A stretch of DNA of 32,000 nucleotides from an uncultured Clostridia bacterium (GTDB lineage: Bacteria > Bacillota > Clostridia > Christensenellales > UBA1242). Within the stretch, counting starts at the first letter, position 1. Each line of letters begins with the position of its first letter. The position numbers were made by a program, and so were the translations under genes. The stretch covers positions 78 to 32,077 of the forward strand of contig CAMOZC010000003.1 of assembly GCA_946630785.1 (NCBI GenBank), in the 5' to 3' direction. The notes under the pieces are model-generated. The model was not told the DNA's origin. It saw nothing but the letters and a program-made list of their open reading frames with translations, and searched no databases. Shown piece by piece: positions 14,995 through 25,837 of this stretch.

Positions 14995-17976
14995 ATGGCA
15001 GATAACACTTTAATGCAAACTTTATTAAAACATTTTACCAAACGTCCATTAAATGAATTGCGTTCGGTAAACTTTGGTAAAAATATTTATTTGTATTTTA
15101 CTAAAAATTTTGACCCTGAAAAATATGCTGCCTATAACGAAAAAGATTTTGATGACCCAGTTAAGGGCTTGGCTATCACACGTGAATTGTTTAGAAAACA
15201 TCAAGAAATTCCAGATAATGTCATGGTTGACTTTTTGGTTGAGGCTTTTACCAAGGCCGATGAAAACATCATTGATTACAAAATGGTTGCTGATTTAGTA
15301 GAAAGTGATGCCTATAAAAGATATGGTACGCGTGCGGGAACCAGTACGTTTGATAAGAAACAAAATTTTGAAAGATGGTTAATTCATGATTCAACAATGT
15401 CATTGTCTAATATTCATAATATTAATCCGGTCGATGTTTATTTAAATCAAGATGCGATACTTCGTGTTGCAAGTGGTGTCGGCGGAAATGGAACCGCAAG
15501 GGGAAATGTTCGTGGCGAGGTTGTGAAGCAAATTGAATCTAGTGCCGAATATTTTAAGGATTACTTTGAAAACGCAGATGATGATGTATTTGAAAAATTA
15601 GCAACGATTTCAGAAAATGTAACAAATGATAGTTATATAACTCAAATCAAAAAAGTTTATGAAACTCTCTATGCTAAGGACGAAGGGTTTGGTATTGGTG
15701 TTATGGGAACCATGGTTAACAGCACTACTAAAGGTGCTAGTACCCGGGTTTTTAGTAATATGATGTCTACTGCCTGGGGCATGGAAACCAACAAGTTATT
15801 ATATGCTTTCTGTAAATATCATAATAAAACGGCAGAGTATGCGAATGTTTATGTTCCATATCCAATCGATGTGAACGCCGAAAAATTTAAACAAAATCTT
15901 GCTCAAAGCGGTTTAGATGCTGACAATGAACAAGGGAATACTCAAACACAACAAACTTCAACCACAAGCCTTGATAATGAACAAGAAGAAACTATTCAAT
16001 CAGTACAACAAAATTTAAACTCAACGACACAACAAGTGAATAAAAAATTGTATCCACGAAAGATTATGTCGCCATTTGTTGATGTTGCCATCACTTTCGG
16101 TGGTTCCGTGGTGGGTGCTACGGCGATTTCTGCGGTCTCTAAAATTAATCCACCACTTGGTTTAGCGCTTGGGGCTGCAATGTCAATTGGCGGTGGTGTT
16201 TATGGCGCTTGGAAAAAAGTTCAGGCAGAAAAGGAGTTAAATGGTGGTAAACCATTAACCAAAGAGCAGTACAGAAAAATTGGTTTAGAGTTTGCTGTTT
16301 CAACACTTACTACAGCATCTGCATTTATCATCCCGGCAAAATTAGGAGCAGCAGGCAAAAAATTAATGTCGCTTTGGCGTGTAGCTGGTGCGGCACATGT
16401 CGGTGTCAGAACATTCTTGAGTGACCTTGAAAGACGCTCAGACCTCCAATATACTCAGGCTGAATTAGAGGAATTACACAGAACTGAAAAACCGAAAGGA
16501 ATCGGAAAATTCATCGCAGGTATTGAACGTTTTGTGTTAGGGGTTAACCATAATACTTTTGATCGTATCGCGACAGATCTTCACGAAAAACGTTTGACAA
16601 AAACAGACCTTGCTAAATCATTTTTATATGGTTTAGGTAAAGGAACTGCTTTGGGAGTTGGTGGTAACATTGGTCGTGACTTAGGTGGAAAATTAGGTAC
16701 TGCAATTAATAATTTTGATTTAAACCATTTTAAAGATAATTTTGTTGCAACACCGGAAGAGTTACAGCGACAAGCTGAGCAACATTTAACTAAAAGTGCT
16801 GATGCAGATTTGAGTAATGATAAATTGTCCCCAGCACAGACTGATGGAAATGAAAGTCAAAAATCACCTTATGACCAGTATCGTGATGAGCAACAAAAAG
16901 CATATGAACAGTATTTACATAACCAACATGCACAAATGAATGATAATGGATTACATTTAACCGATGAAAACATGACGGCTATAAAAAATATTGGACATGT
17001 TGATTTAACTGATAAGGCAATGGCAACGGCTCATGTTGATAACCATCAACAATTTGTAAATACTGTACAACATGACTGGTACACGGTTGAACAGGAAAAA
17101 GCCGCGGTGGGTATTTTGCAACAAGCTGGTCTTAGCGAAGAAGATGCCTATGGTGTTTTACGTAAGGTAGGCAGTATGGCGCGCTTTGAAAGCGCTGGCG
17201 AAATCAGCATGGGCGGACATCAGAATACTTTGAATCACTTGTGTAACGGTTTGTTGTATGATAGTGATGTCGATAACATCATGGAAGCAATGAATAAAAT
17301 TGACCGTTTCGGCGGTTTAGAAGGTACTGAATATTTACAACACAATACGCCAGGTCCAAAAACTATTATTGATTATGATCCTAGTGCTGGCAATAGTGGA
17401 ACTACTCAACAATCAAGTCAAAGTACGTCAACTACAAAAACAACGTCAAGTTTCACAGATCAACATACACCAGGTCCAACGAGTATCAGTGATTATGATC
17501 CTAGTGCTAATGTTGAACCCACAGATGAGCAAACAACTCCGAATATACCAGTTCCAGAAACGTCGACAAACAACAATGAAACGCATGATGATTCAAATAC
17601 GCCAGGTCCGAAAAGTATCAGTGATTATGATCCTAGTGCTAATGTTGAATTTAATGGCGAACAGTTTGGACAGAATGTATCAGCTTCAGAAGTGCCGACA
17701 GAAACCGCCAGTGAGCAGGGTAATTCAAATACCCCTGGTCCAGATAGTATTGGGGAATATGGTATTTCAGGTAATAGCACTTCGCTTTTCGATTCGGATA
17801 GTTCGAAGTCGTTCTCGGATATTATGGGAAGCTCGCTTGATAAAAATCCTGTATATTTTGATTTCTCTGTTATTAATCCTGATGATAAGATTGAAGTTAA
17901 TCATTCTGATTTTGGAATAAATTTATTTAAGCCAATTGTACCATCAATTAACATCGACCCAAGCAGCGAAAAATAA
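14995..17976 (+). CDS. Large orphan protein (993 aa): N-terminal soluble region, Q/T-rich linker, Gly-rich hydrophobic segments, C-terminal TPGP repeats
   Basis: Long uninterrupted ORF; start MADNTLMQTLLKHF; hydrophobic VDVAITFGGSVVGATAISAV...LGLALGAAMSIGGGVYGAW; no recognised family. Confidence 0.85.
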   Translation: MADNTLMQTLLKHFTKRPLNELRSVNFGKNIYLYFTKNFDPEKYAAYNEKDFDDPVKGLAITRELFRKHQEIPDNVMVDFLVEAFTKADENIIDYKMVADLVESDAYKRYGTRAGTSTFDKKQNFERWLIHDSTMSLSNIHNINPVDVYLNQDAILRVASGVGGNGTARGNVRGEVVKQIESSAEYFKDYFENADDDVFEKLATISENVTNDSYITQIKKVYETLYAKDEGFGIGVMGTMVNSTTKGASTRVFSNMMSTAWGMETNKLLYAFCKYHNKTAEYANVYVPYPIDVNAEKFKQNLAQSGLDADNEQGNTQTQQTSTTSLDNEQEETIQSVQQNLNSTTQQVNKKLYPRKIMSPFVDVAITFGGSVVGATAISAVSKINPPLGLALGAAMSIGGGVYGAWKKVQAEKELNGGKPLTKEQYRKIGLEFAVSTLTTASAFIIPAKLGAAGKKLMSLWRVAGAAHVGVRTFLSDLERRSDLQYTQAELEELHRTEKPKGIGKFIAGIERFVLGVNHNTFDRIATDLHEKRLTKTDLAKSFLYGLGKGTALGVGGNIGRDLGGKLGTAINNFDLNHFKDNFVATPEELQRQAEQHLTKSADADLSNDKLSPAQTDGNESQKSPYDQYRDEQQKAYEQYLHNQHAQMNDNGLHLTDENMTAIKNIGHVDLTDKAMATAHVDNHQQFVNTVQHDWYTVEQEKAAVGILQQAGLSEEDAYGVLRKVGSMARFESAGEISMGGHQNTLNHLCNGLLYDSDVDNIMEAMNKIDRFGGLEGTEYLQHNTPGPKTIIDYDPSAGNSGTTQQSSQSTSTTKTTSSFTDQHTPGPTSISDYDPSANVEPTDEQTTPNIPVPETSTNNNETHDDSNTPGPKSISDYDPSANVEFNGEQFGQNVSASEVPTETASEQGNSNTPGPDSIGEYGISGNSTSLFDSDSSKSFSDIMGSSLDKNPVYFDFSVINPDDKIEVNHSDFGINLFKPIVPSINIDPSSEK
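17344..17781 (+). repeat. Four in-phase repeats with TPGPxSIxDYDPSA core, spaced 120/132/132 nt
   Basis: Copies start at 17344, 17464, 17596 and 17728; unit lengths 40, 44 and 44 aa; the last copy is degenerate (TPGPDSIGEYGIS). Confidence 0.93.
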
Positions 17977-17979
17977 GCA

Positions 17980-18015
17980 ATATAGCCAAGTTGATTCTTG
18001 GCTATATTTAATTTG
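17980..18015 (+). terminator. Intrinsic terminator after the orphan giant gene
   Basis: ATATAGCCAAG-TTGATT-CTTGGCTATAT followed by TTAATTT. Confidence 0.75.
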
Positions 18016-18033
18016 TAAATTATAAAAAAGTGT

Positions 18034-18062
18034 TTGACTTTCGATTGTAGATGTGCTATTTT
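18034..18062 (+). promoter_or_regulatory. rpoBC promoter (TTGACT-N17-TATTTT, extended TGC)
   Basis: -35 18034-18039, 17-nt spacer, TGn extension, -10 18057-18062; the 70-nt leader contains CTGGGC...GCCCGG. Confidence 0.7.
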
Positions 18063-18135
18063 CTTTCTATTGTGTAATTTTGACTGGGCGGATTGAAATA
18101 AAGCCCGGCAAAAAATATATTTAAGGAAGGTAAAA

Positions 18136-21100
18136 ATGGCTGTTAATCTTAAAAAGACGGGACTTTTTAAGGACACCTATGGAAAGACGGAACGTATGAC
18201 ATTTCGTAAGGTTCCAGAGTTGCTCCCTGTCCCTTATCTTTTAGACATTCAAAAGGAGAGTTTTAAGCGTTTCATTGAAAAAGGAATTCGCGAAGTATTG
18301 GATGAATTCAATCCAATTACTGATTATTCAGGTAAATGCGAAGTTTACTTTTTGGACTACTATATTGGCGAAGATGCTAAATATAGTGAAAGCGAATGTT
18401 TACGTCGTGGACAAATGTACGTTAAACCATTGCGCGTAAAAGTTCGCGTTGTGTTTAAAGAAGATGCTGAAGGACACAAGACCAACGAAGTCATCGAACA
18501 AGATGTTTTCTTGGGTGATGTTCCTCAAATGACCGATAGTGGTTATTTCATCGTTAATGGTGTAGCGCGTGTTATTGTTAACCAAATTATCAAGAGTCCT
18601 AGTGTTTATTTCAATCGTTCAAAAGACCATAAAACTGGTAAAGAAATTATTGAATGCACAATGAGTCCAACGCATGGTGCTTACATCGAAATGACTAAGG
18701 ACGTAAATAACGTGATTTTTGTCAGCCCAAACAAGGCTAACAAAGTTAATTTGATTACGTTCTTGCGTGCATTGGATCTTGGTAGTGATCAAGAATTGTT
18801 GGATACTTTTGCACATCATCCAGTTTTAAAAGCTACAATTGAAAAAGCTAATGATGGCGGTGAACAAATTTCTAAAGAAAAAGCTTTGTTGGAATTGTCA
18901 CGTAAAATGCGTCCATCTGAATTGCCAAATGCTGAAGTCATGGAATCTGGATTGAATAACATGTTCTTTACCTTCCCAAATTATGACTTGGCAGTTGTTG
19001 GTCGTTATAAATTCAATAAAAAACTATGCATTAGTAGCCGTATCTTAAAACATATTGCTGCTGAAGATATTAAAATTGACGGCAAGGTTGTTGTTCCTCA
19101 TGATACTGAAATCAGCAAAGAAATGGCTGACAAGATTCAAAATGCTGGTATCAACGTTGTTGAAATTAAAAATGAACTTGGCGATGCCGTACAGGTTATT
19201 GGTAACAACCGTGTTAACGTTAATATGTATTTAGGTTGTACTGAATTTGATACTGGTATTAAAGAATTGGTTCACTATCCAACTTTGTTAAAAGTATTGG
19301 AAGGTAAGAATACTAAGGCTGAAAAAATTCAAGCTGTTAAAGAGAACGCTAAAGAATTGGTAATGCGTCATTTACATCGTGATGATATTATTGCTTCAAT
19401 TTCTTACTTGCTAAACATGTGCGATGGTGTTGGCTATGAAGATAATATTGACCACTTGGGTAACCGTCGTTTAAATACCGTTGGTGATTTGATGGCTCGT
19501 CACTTCAAAGATGGTATGTTGAAATTACGTAATAGTATGCGTGAAACCATGCAAACTATGGAAATCAACAGTAAATCAATTAACCCATTGAACATTATTA
19601 ATGCAAAAGCAATTACTCGTTCATTACGTGATTTCTGTGCGGTTTCTCAATTATCACACGTGATGGATACTAACAACCCATTAACTGAAATTACGCAAAA
19701 ACGTAAAATCACAGCGGTTGGTCCGGGTGGTATTGTTAAGGAACGTGCTACTAGTGAAGTTCGTGACTTGCACTATACTCACAATGGTCGTTTGTGTGCG
19801 GTTGAAACTCCTGAAGGTCAATCAATTGGTTTGGTTAATAGCTTGGCAATGTATGCACGCATTAACGAATATGGATTTATTACTGCGCCATTGCGTCGTA
19901 TTGATAAGGCAACTGGCAAAGTTACTGATGTCGTTGATTATTTAACTGCTGATGAAGAAGATGCGTTCTATGTTGCTCAAGCAACTGAACCATTGGATGA
20001 AAATGGCTGCTTGTTGCATGAATTTGTAACTTGCCGTCACCGTGACGTTATTTTGGATATGCCACGTGAAAGTGTTGATTATGTTGATGCAAGTCCACGT
20101 CAATTCGTTTCATTAGCAACTGCATTGATTCCTTTCTTGAGTAATGATGATACTGGTCGTGCTTTGTTGGGTTCAAACATGCAACGTCAAGCTGTATCTT
20201 TAATCAAGACTGAAGTTCCATTGGTTGCAACAGGTTTGGAACACCGTGCTGCTTTAGATAGTAACGTGATGTTAACTGCGAAGGCGGCCGGTACAGTTAT
20301 TTCTGTAACTGGTGACCAAATCGTTATTGAACGTGATGATAATCATGAACATGATTTCTATAAATTAACTAAATTCACCCGTTATAATGAAGAAGCATGT
20401 ATTAACCAAAAACCAATTGTTCGCAAGGGGGATAAGGTTAAGGCTGGTGAAATCATTACTGATGGTTATGCAACCTGTAATGGTGAATTAGCAATTGGTA
20501 AAAACATGTGTGTTGCTTACATGAACTGGGAAGGGTATAACTTTGAGGATGCGATTTTGATTTCTGAACGTGTTGTTAAGGAAGACAAATTCACCTCAAT
20601 CGCTTTACACTTGAAAGAATGTAAAGTTCGTACAACTAAATTAGGTGATGAAGAAATCACCCGTGATATTCCAAACTTAAGCGAAGATGCTTTGGCTAAC
20701 TTGGATGAACGTGGTATTGTTCGTGTTGGTTCATTTGTCCGTACTGGTGATATTTTGGTTGGTAAAGTTACACCAAAGGGTGAATCTGAATTAACTCCTG
20801 AAGAACGTTTGTTACGTGCTATCTTTGGTGAAAAATCTCGTGAAGTCCGCGACTCATCATTGCGTGTGGAAAATGGTAAAGACGGTGTTGTTGTTGCTGT
20901 TGAATGCTTCAGCCGTAAGAACCATGATGAAATGGATGTTGGTGTTAACGAAATTATTAAAGTTACCATCGCACAAAAACGTAATATTAAAGTCGGTGAT
21001 AAGATGACAGGACGTCATGGTAACAAGGGTATTGTTTCTAAGATTTTACCGGTTGAAGATATGCCTTACATGGCCGATGGTACTCCTGTTGATATCGTCC

Positions 21101-21858
21101 TTAACCCATTGGGTGTTCCTTCTCGTTTGAATATTGGACAGTTGTTGGAAGTCTCGCTTGGTTTAGTTGCTAAGACTTTGGGTTGGAAAGTTGCAACTCC
21201 AGTATTCAACGGTGCTAACGAAAATGATATTCAAGAATTGTTACGTAAGAATGGCTTACCAGAAGATGGTAAGATGCAATTGTACGATGGACGTACTGGT
21301 GAACCATTTGAAAACCGTACGACAGTTGGTTACATGTACATGTTAAAATTGCATCACATGGTTGATACCAAGATTCATGCTCGTTCAACTGGTGCTTATA
21401 GTTTGGTTACTCAACAACCTTTGGGTGGTAAAGCTCAATTTGGTGGCCAACGTATGGGTGAAATGGAAGTATGGGCTTTGGAAGCTTATGGTGCCGCTCA
21501 CATCTTGCAAGAAATGTTGACTGTTAAATCCGATGATGTTCAAGGTCGTACTAAAACATACGTTTCAATCGTTAATGGTACTAAATTGCCAGATCCAGGC
21601 ATTCCTGAAGCAAGTAAAGTTATGATCCGTGAATTACAAGGTCTTGGATTTGATGTTGGTATTTATACTGCTGATAAGAAAGAAGTTGAATTGGAAAAGA
21701 TTGATGCTTTGGTTGATGATACTGAAATGTTGGCTAATGCAGAATCTGAAAATAAACAAGACAATGAAGCCGAAATTGAATTTAACCAAGAACAAGTTGA
21801 AGAACCCGCTGCTGATGACTTAGAAATGTTCGATATTGAACAATTGTTTGAGGAATAA
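18136..21858 (+). CDS. rpoB: RNA polymerase subunit beta
   Basis: [57 protein letters not shown]; SD AAGGAAGG. Confidence 0.99.
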   Translation: MAVNLKKTGLFKDTYGKTERMTFRKVPELLPVPYLLDIQKESFKRFIEKGIREVLDEFNPITDYSGKCEVYFLDYYIGEDAKYSESECLRRGQMYVKPLRVKVRVVFKEDAEGHKTNEVIEQDVFLGDVPQMTDSGYFIVNGVARVIVNQIIKSPSVYFNRSKDHKTGKEIIECTMSPTHGAYIEMTKDVNNVIFVSPNKANKVNLITFLRALDLGSDQELLDTFAHHPVLKATIEKANDGGEQISKEKALLELSRKMRPSELPNAEVMESGLNNMFFTFPNYDLAVVGRYKFNKKLCISSRILKHIAAEDIKIDGKVVVPHDTEISKEMADKIQNAGINVVEIKNELGDAVQVIGNNRVNVNMYLGCTEFDTGIKELVHYPTLLKVLEGKNTKAEKIQAVKENAKELVMRHLHRDDIIASISYLLNMCDGVGYEDNIDHLGNRRLNTVGDLMARHFKDGMLKLRNSMRETMQTMEINSKSINPLNIINAKAITRSLRDFCAVSQLSHVMDTNNPLTEITQKRKITAVGPGGIVKERATSEVRDLHYTHNGRLCAVETPEGQSIGLVNSLAMYARINEYGFITAPLRRIDKATGKVTDVVDYLTADEEDAFYVAQATEPLDENGCLLHEFVTCRHRDVILDMPRESVDYVDASPRQFVSLATALIPFLSNDDTGRALLGSNMQRQAVSLIKTEVPLVATGLEHRAALDSNVMLTAKAAGTVISVTGDQIVIERDDNHEHDFYKLTKFTRYNEEACINQKPIVRKGDKVKAGEIITDGYATCNGELAIGKNMCVAYMNWEGYNFEDAILISERVVKEDKFTSIALHLKECKVRTTKLGDEEITRDIPNLSEDALANLDERGIVRVGSFVRTGDILVGKVTPKGESELTPEERLLRAIFGEKSREVRDSSLRVENGKDGVVVAVECFSRKNHDEMDVGVNEIIKVTIAQKRNIKVGDKMTGRHGNKGIVSKILPVEDMPYMADGTPVDIVLNPLGVPSRLNIGQLLEVSLGLVAKTLGWKVATPVFNGANENDIQELLRKNGLPEDGKMQLYDGRTGEPFENRTTVGYMYMLKLHHMVDTKIHARSTGAYSLVTQQPLGGKAQFGGQRMGEMEVWALEAYGAAHILQEMLTVKSDDVQGRTKTYVSIVNGTKLPDPGIPEASKVMIRELQGLGFDVGIYTADKKEVELEKIDALVDDTEMLANAESENKQDNEAEIEFNQEQVEEPAADDLEMFDIEQLFEE

Positions 21859-21878
21859 GAAGGAGAAGGAAAAAGAAA

Positions 21879-24800
21879 ATGTTTGAGTTAAATAATTTTG
21901 AAAGTTTAAAAATTAGTATTGCCAGCCCTGATAAAATCAGGGAATGGAGTCATGGTGAGGTTACCAAACCAGAAACGATTAACTATCGTACTCAAAAACC
22001 AGAAAAAGATGGTTTGTTTTGTGAACGCATCTTCGGTCCTAAAAAAGATTGGCAATGTTCTTGCGGTAAATATAAATTAATCCGCTACAAAGGTACCATT
22101 TGCGATAAGTGCGGTGTTGAAGTTACTCGTTCAATCGTACGTCGTGAACGTATGGGACATATTGAGTTAGCAGCTCCAGTTGTTCACATCTGGTATTTCA
22201 AAGGTGTTCCTTCGAAGATTGGTACATTGTTAAATATGACCATTAAAAATTTGGAACAAGTTATTTATTTCGTATCCTTCGTCGTTATTGATCCATGTAA
22301 AACCACTTTAACTTATGGTCAAATTTTGTCTGATCGTGAATTGCACGAAGCATTGGAAAAATTTGGTCCTGAATCGTTTAAATATGGTATGGGTGCCGAA
22401 GCAATCAAGACCATGTTGGCTGCGCTTGATTTAGATAAGGAAATTAAAGAATGTAACGAAATCATTGCTACTGGCAAAGGTGCAAAACGTGAAAAAGCCA
22501 TTAAACGTTTGGATTTGTTGGAATCATTCAAAAACAGTGGCAATCGTCCAGAATGGATGGTATTTGATGTTTTACCAGTAACTCCTCCAGAATTACGTCC
22601 AATGGTTCAAATTGACGGTGGTCGTTTCGCAACAACCGATGTTAACGATTTGTATCGCCGCGTAATTAACCGTAACAACCGTTTGAAAAAATTAATTTCT
22701 TTGGGTGCTCCTGAAGTTATTATTCGTAACGAGAAACGTATGTTACAAGAGGCTGTTGATGCTTTGATTGATAATGGCCGCCGTGGTAAACCAGTTCAAG
22801 GTGCTAAAGGCCGTCCACTAAAATCATTGGCTGAAGGCTTACGTGGTAAACAAGGTCGTTTCCGTAACAACTTGCTTGGTAAACGTGTTGACTATTCAGG
22901 TCGTACCGTTATCGTTGTCGGTCCAGAATTAAAACACTATCAAGTTGGTTTGCCAAAAGAAATGGCATTGGAATTGTTCAAACCATTCGTTATGAAGAAA
23001 TTGGTTGATATGGGCTTGGCTCATCACAGCCGTAGTGCAAAACGTTTAATTGAACGTGAAAAACCACAAGTTTGGGATATCTTGGAAGAAGTCGTTCGTG
23101 ACCATCCTGTTTTGTTAAACCGTCAACCTACGTTGCATAAATTGTCAATTCAAGCGTTTGAACCAGTTTTGATTGATGGTCGTGCAATCCGTTTACACCC
23201 ATTAGTTTGTACCGCATTCAACGCCGACTTTGATGGTGACCAAATGACTGTTCACGTTCCATTGTCACCAGAAGCACAGGCTGAAGCACGTATCTTAATG
23301 TTGGCATCAAATAACATTTTGAAACCAAGTGATTCAAAATCAGTTGTTACTCCGACACAGGATATTATTTTAGGTTGTTACTATATGACTTTGCAAATTG
23401 ATGGTGCAAAGGGTGAGGGTAACGTTTATAAAGACGAAAACGAAGCAATTTATGCTTATAACGTTGGTGAATTGGATTTGCATGCTAAGATTCAAGTTCG
23501 TCGTTCTAACTTTGAAATTGAAGGTAACATGGACGAAGTTGAAGAATTTGGCCGTGTAGAAACCACTGTTGGTCGTATTTTGTTCAACCAATGCTTCCCG
23601 CAAGATATTGGTATTGTTGATCGTAGCAAACCAGAAAATAAATTTGCTTACGAATATAATAAAGAAGTTGTTAAGAAAGATATTAACAATTTGATTGTTA
23701 AAATCTTTGAAGTTCATGGTGCTACTGTAACTAGTGAATCAATTGATAAGATTAAGACCGTAGGTTTCAAATATTCTACTTTAGGTTCAATCTCGTTGTC
23801 AGTCTTTGATGCAACTATCCCAGCCGACCGTGAACAAATCATTAAAGATACCGAAGCAAAAGTTAAGAAAATTGAAAAAGCTTATGCAGAAGGTGAGTTA
23901 AGTCTTGATGAAAAATTGGATCGTAACATCGCTTTATGGAAAGAAGCTACTGAAAAGATTCAAGAAGATGTTATTAATGTCTTAGATAAGACCAACCCAA
24001 TTAAGATGATGGCAACATCTGGTGCACGTGGTTCTAACAAACAGATTATGCAGTTGTCTGGTATGCGTGGTATTATTGCGAACGTTTCTGGACAAAAAGA
24101 GGACGTTCCAACCAAGGGTTGTTATCGTTTAGGTTTGTCTCCATTAGAATACTTCTTGTCATCTCGTGGTGGTCGTAAAGGTTTGGCTGATACCGCTTTG
24201 AAAACATCCGATGCTGGTTATTTGACTCGTCGTTTGGTTGATGTCGCTCAAGATGTTATTGTTACCGAAGAAGATTGTTTCGCTACTTTGGGTGAAAAGC
24301 CAAAGGGTATGGTAATGACTGAATTACGCATGGATGGTTATGTAAAGCATTTGGCTAGCCGTATTAAAGGTCGTTACGCTGTACATGACGTTATTGATCC
24401 AAAAACGAAAGAAGTATTGGTACATGCTGATACTATGATTACTGACAAAGTTGCTGAACAGATTGAAGCAGTTGGTATTAAAGAAGTTGAAATTCGTAGC
24501 GTATTGACTTGTAAATGTAAACATGGTGTCTGCGCTAAATGTTATGGTCGCGACATGAGTGGTCACGAATTGGTAAGTGTTGGTGAACCAGTTGGTATTA
24601 TCGCGGCACAATCAATTGGTGAACCTGGTACACAGTTAACCATGCGTACCAAACACAGTGGTGGTATTGCGGTTTCAAACATTACCGAAGGTTTGCCACG
24701 TGTTGAAGAAATTTTGGAAGCACGTGTTCCAAAGGGCGTCGCTTTGGTTAGTGATGTTGGTGGTACTGTTGTTGCGGTTAACCAAGTTGAAAAGCGTGTT

Positions 24801-25406
24801 GAAGTTGTGATTAAGACTAACGAAGGTAAAGAAGTTCCATACTTAATCCCTGCAAGTATGAAAGTGACAGCAAAGAAAGGTGACGTGGTTGAACCAGGTT
24901 CGGCATTGACTGAAGGTGTCTTTAACCCACACGATATCTTACGTAACAAAGGTATCAAAGCTGTACAAGATTACTTGATTACTGAAATTATTAAGGTTTA
25001 TAAAACACAAGATATTTCAATTAATAACAAACATTTGGAAATAATTGTAAGACAGATGTTAAAGAAAGTTAAGATTGAAGATGCTGGTGATACTGACTTC
25101 CAAATTGGTTCAGTCGTCGACGTTATTGAATTTGAACACAAAAACTTGTTGGCAATCAATGATGGCAAGAAACCAGCTCGTGCAACACGTGTGTTGTTGC
25201 CAATTACTAAAGCCGCATTGCGCACAGACAGTTTCTTGTCGGCTGCATCCTTCCAAGAAACCAGTTCAGTATTGGTTGATGCCGCTGTTAAGAATAAAGT
25301 TGACCACTTGCTGGGACTTAAAGAAAATGTTATCTTTGGTAAGTTGATTCCAGCTGGTACAGGTATGAAATTTTATCAAAATGTAGGGTACAAAAATGTT
25401 AAATAA
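21879..25406 (+). CDS. rpoC: RNA polymerase subunit beta'
   Basis: [23 protein letters not shown] zinc site, [17 protein letters not shown] active site. Confidence 0.99.
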   Translation: MFELNNFESLKISIASPDKIREWSHGEVTKPETINYRTQKPEKDGLFCERIFGPKKDWQCSCGKYKLIRYKGTICDKCGVEVTRSIVRRERMGHIELAAPVVHIWYFKGVPSKIGTLLNMTIKNLEQVIYFVSFVVIDPCKTTLTYGQILSDRELHEALEKFGPESFKYGMGAEAIKTMLAALDLDKEIKECNEIIATGKGAKREKAIKRLDLLESFKNSGNRPEWMVFDVLPVTPPELRPMVQIDGGRFATTDVNDLYRRVINRNNRLKKLISLGAPEVIIRNEKRMLQEAVDALIDNGRRGKPVQGAKGRPLKSLAEGLRGKQGRFRNNLLGKRVDYSGRTVIVVGPELKHYQVGLPKEMALELFKPFVMKKLVDMGLAHHSRSAKRLIEREKPQVWDILEEVVRDHPVLLNRQPTLHKLSIQAFEPVLIDGRAIRLHPLVCTAFNADFDGDQMTVHVPLSPEAQAEARILMLASNNILKPSDSKSVVTPTQDIILGCYYMTLQIDGAKGEGNVYKDENEAIYAYNVGELDLHAKIQVRRSNFEIEGNMDEVEEFGRVETTVGRILFNQCFPQDIGIVDRSKPENKFAYEYNKEVVKKDINNLIVKIFEVHGATVTSESIDKIKTVGFKYSTLGSISLSVFDATIPADREQIIKDTEAKVKKIEKAYAEGELSLDEKLDRNIALWKEATEKIQEDVINVLDKTNPIKMMATSGARGSNKQIMQLSGMRGIIANVSGQKEDVPTKGCYRLGLSPLEYFLSSRGGRKGLADTALKTSDAGYLTRRLVDVAQDVIVTEEDCFATLGEKPKGMVMTELRMDGYVKHLASRIKGRYAVHDVIDPKTKEVLVHADTMITDKVAEQIEAVGIKEVEIRSVLTCKCKHGVCAKCYGRDMSGHELVSVGEPVGIIAAQSIGEPGTQLTMRTKHSGGIAVSNITEGLPRVEEILEARVPKGVALVSDVGGTVVAVNQVEKRVEVVIKTNEGKEVPYLIPASMKVTAKKGDVVEPGSALTEGVFNPHDILRNKGIKAVQDYLITEIIKVYKTQDISINNKHLEIIVRQMLKKVKIEDAGDTDFQIGSVVDVIEFEHKNLLAINDGKKPARATRVLLPITKAALRTDSFLSAASFQETSSVLVDAAVKNKVDHLLGLKENVIFGKLIPAGTGMKFYQNVGYKNVK

Positions 25407-25731
25407 TTGGTTTAATTTATTATTGGCTCCGACGGAACGCCCTAAGTGGATTGGGGACAGTTTCCCGGTTATTCAAGGTATTATCATTGCTTTGATTAGT
25501 TTATTAAGTATCGTAATGGTGGTGGCAATTTTGGTGTCACCTCCGGACAGCGGTACTGGTACAAATGCAATTACAGGTGCTAGCGAAAGTTACTACACGA
25601 AAAATCGTAACAAAAATAATCTGGGACGTATTCGTAATTTGATTATTATTTGTGCAATTTCAATCGCAGTATTAACCATTATTTTCTTTATTTTGTTCGG
25701 TATCTTCAATATGAGTGGTGCTGCTGAATAA
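25396..25731 (+). CDS. secG: SecG-like preprotein translocase subunit
   Basis: Two TM segments flanking [33 protein letters not shown] (SecG pattern G..ITGGAE.F..K); 11-nt overlap with the rpoC end; secG-rnr association. Confidence 0.72.
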   Translation: MLNNWFNLLLAPTERPKWIGDSFPVIQGIIIALISLLSIVMVVAILVSPPDSGTGTNAITGASESYYTKNRNKNNLGRIRNLIIICAISIAVLTIIFFILFGIFNMSGAAE

Positions 25732-25735
25732 GGCT

Positions 25736-25767
25736 AAAAAAGTTTCGCCAAATGACGAAACTTTTTT
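25736..25767 (+). terminator. Intrinsic (likely bidirectional) terminator after rpoBC-secG
   Basis: AAAAAAGTTTCG-CCAAATGA-CGAAACTTTTTT, 12-bp perfect stem. Confidence 0.93.
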
Positions 25768-25769
25768 CT

Positions 25770-25798
25770 TTTGTAAAATAGAAATAAAGTGTTATACT
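25770..25798 (+). promoter_or_regulatory. Predicted promoter of lipoprotein gene (TTTGTA-N17-TATACT)
   Basis: -10 TATACT 25793-25798, weak -35 at 25770. Confidence 0.5.
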
Positions 25799-25837
25799 AA
25801 TAGTACAGTTAAATATTAAAAATAAAAGGAGTTTATT

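Noticed and set aside
17369-17920. 183-aa ORF in an alternate frame over the TPGP repeats
   Set aside because: It is a frame shadow of the tandem repeats in the main 993-aa ORF, is Q/V/L-rich with no independent start signals, and its repetitiveness is inherited from the overlapping gene.
24324-24958. Overlapping antisense ORFs opposite rpoC (95 and 131 aa)
   Set aside because: Composition is typical of the antisense of codon-biased genes; no SD, domain or operon context. The same applies to the ORFs opposite rpoB (20517-20969) and rpoC (23370-23717).
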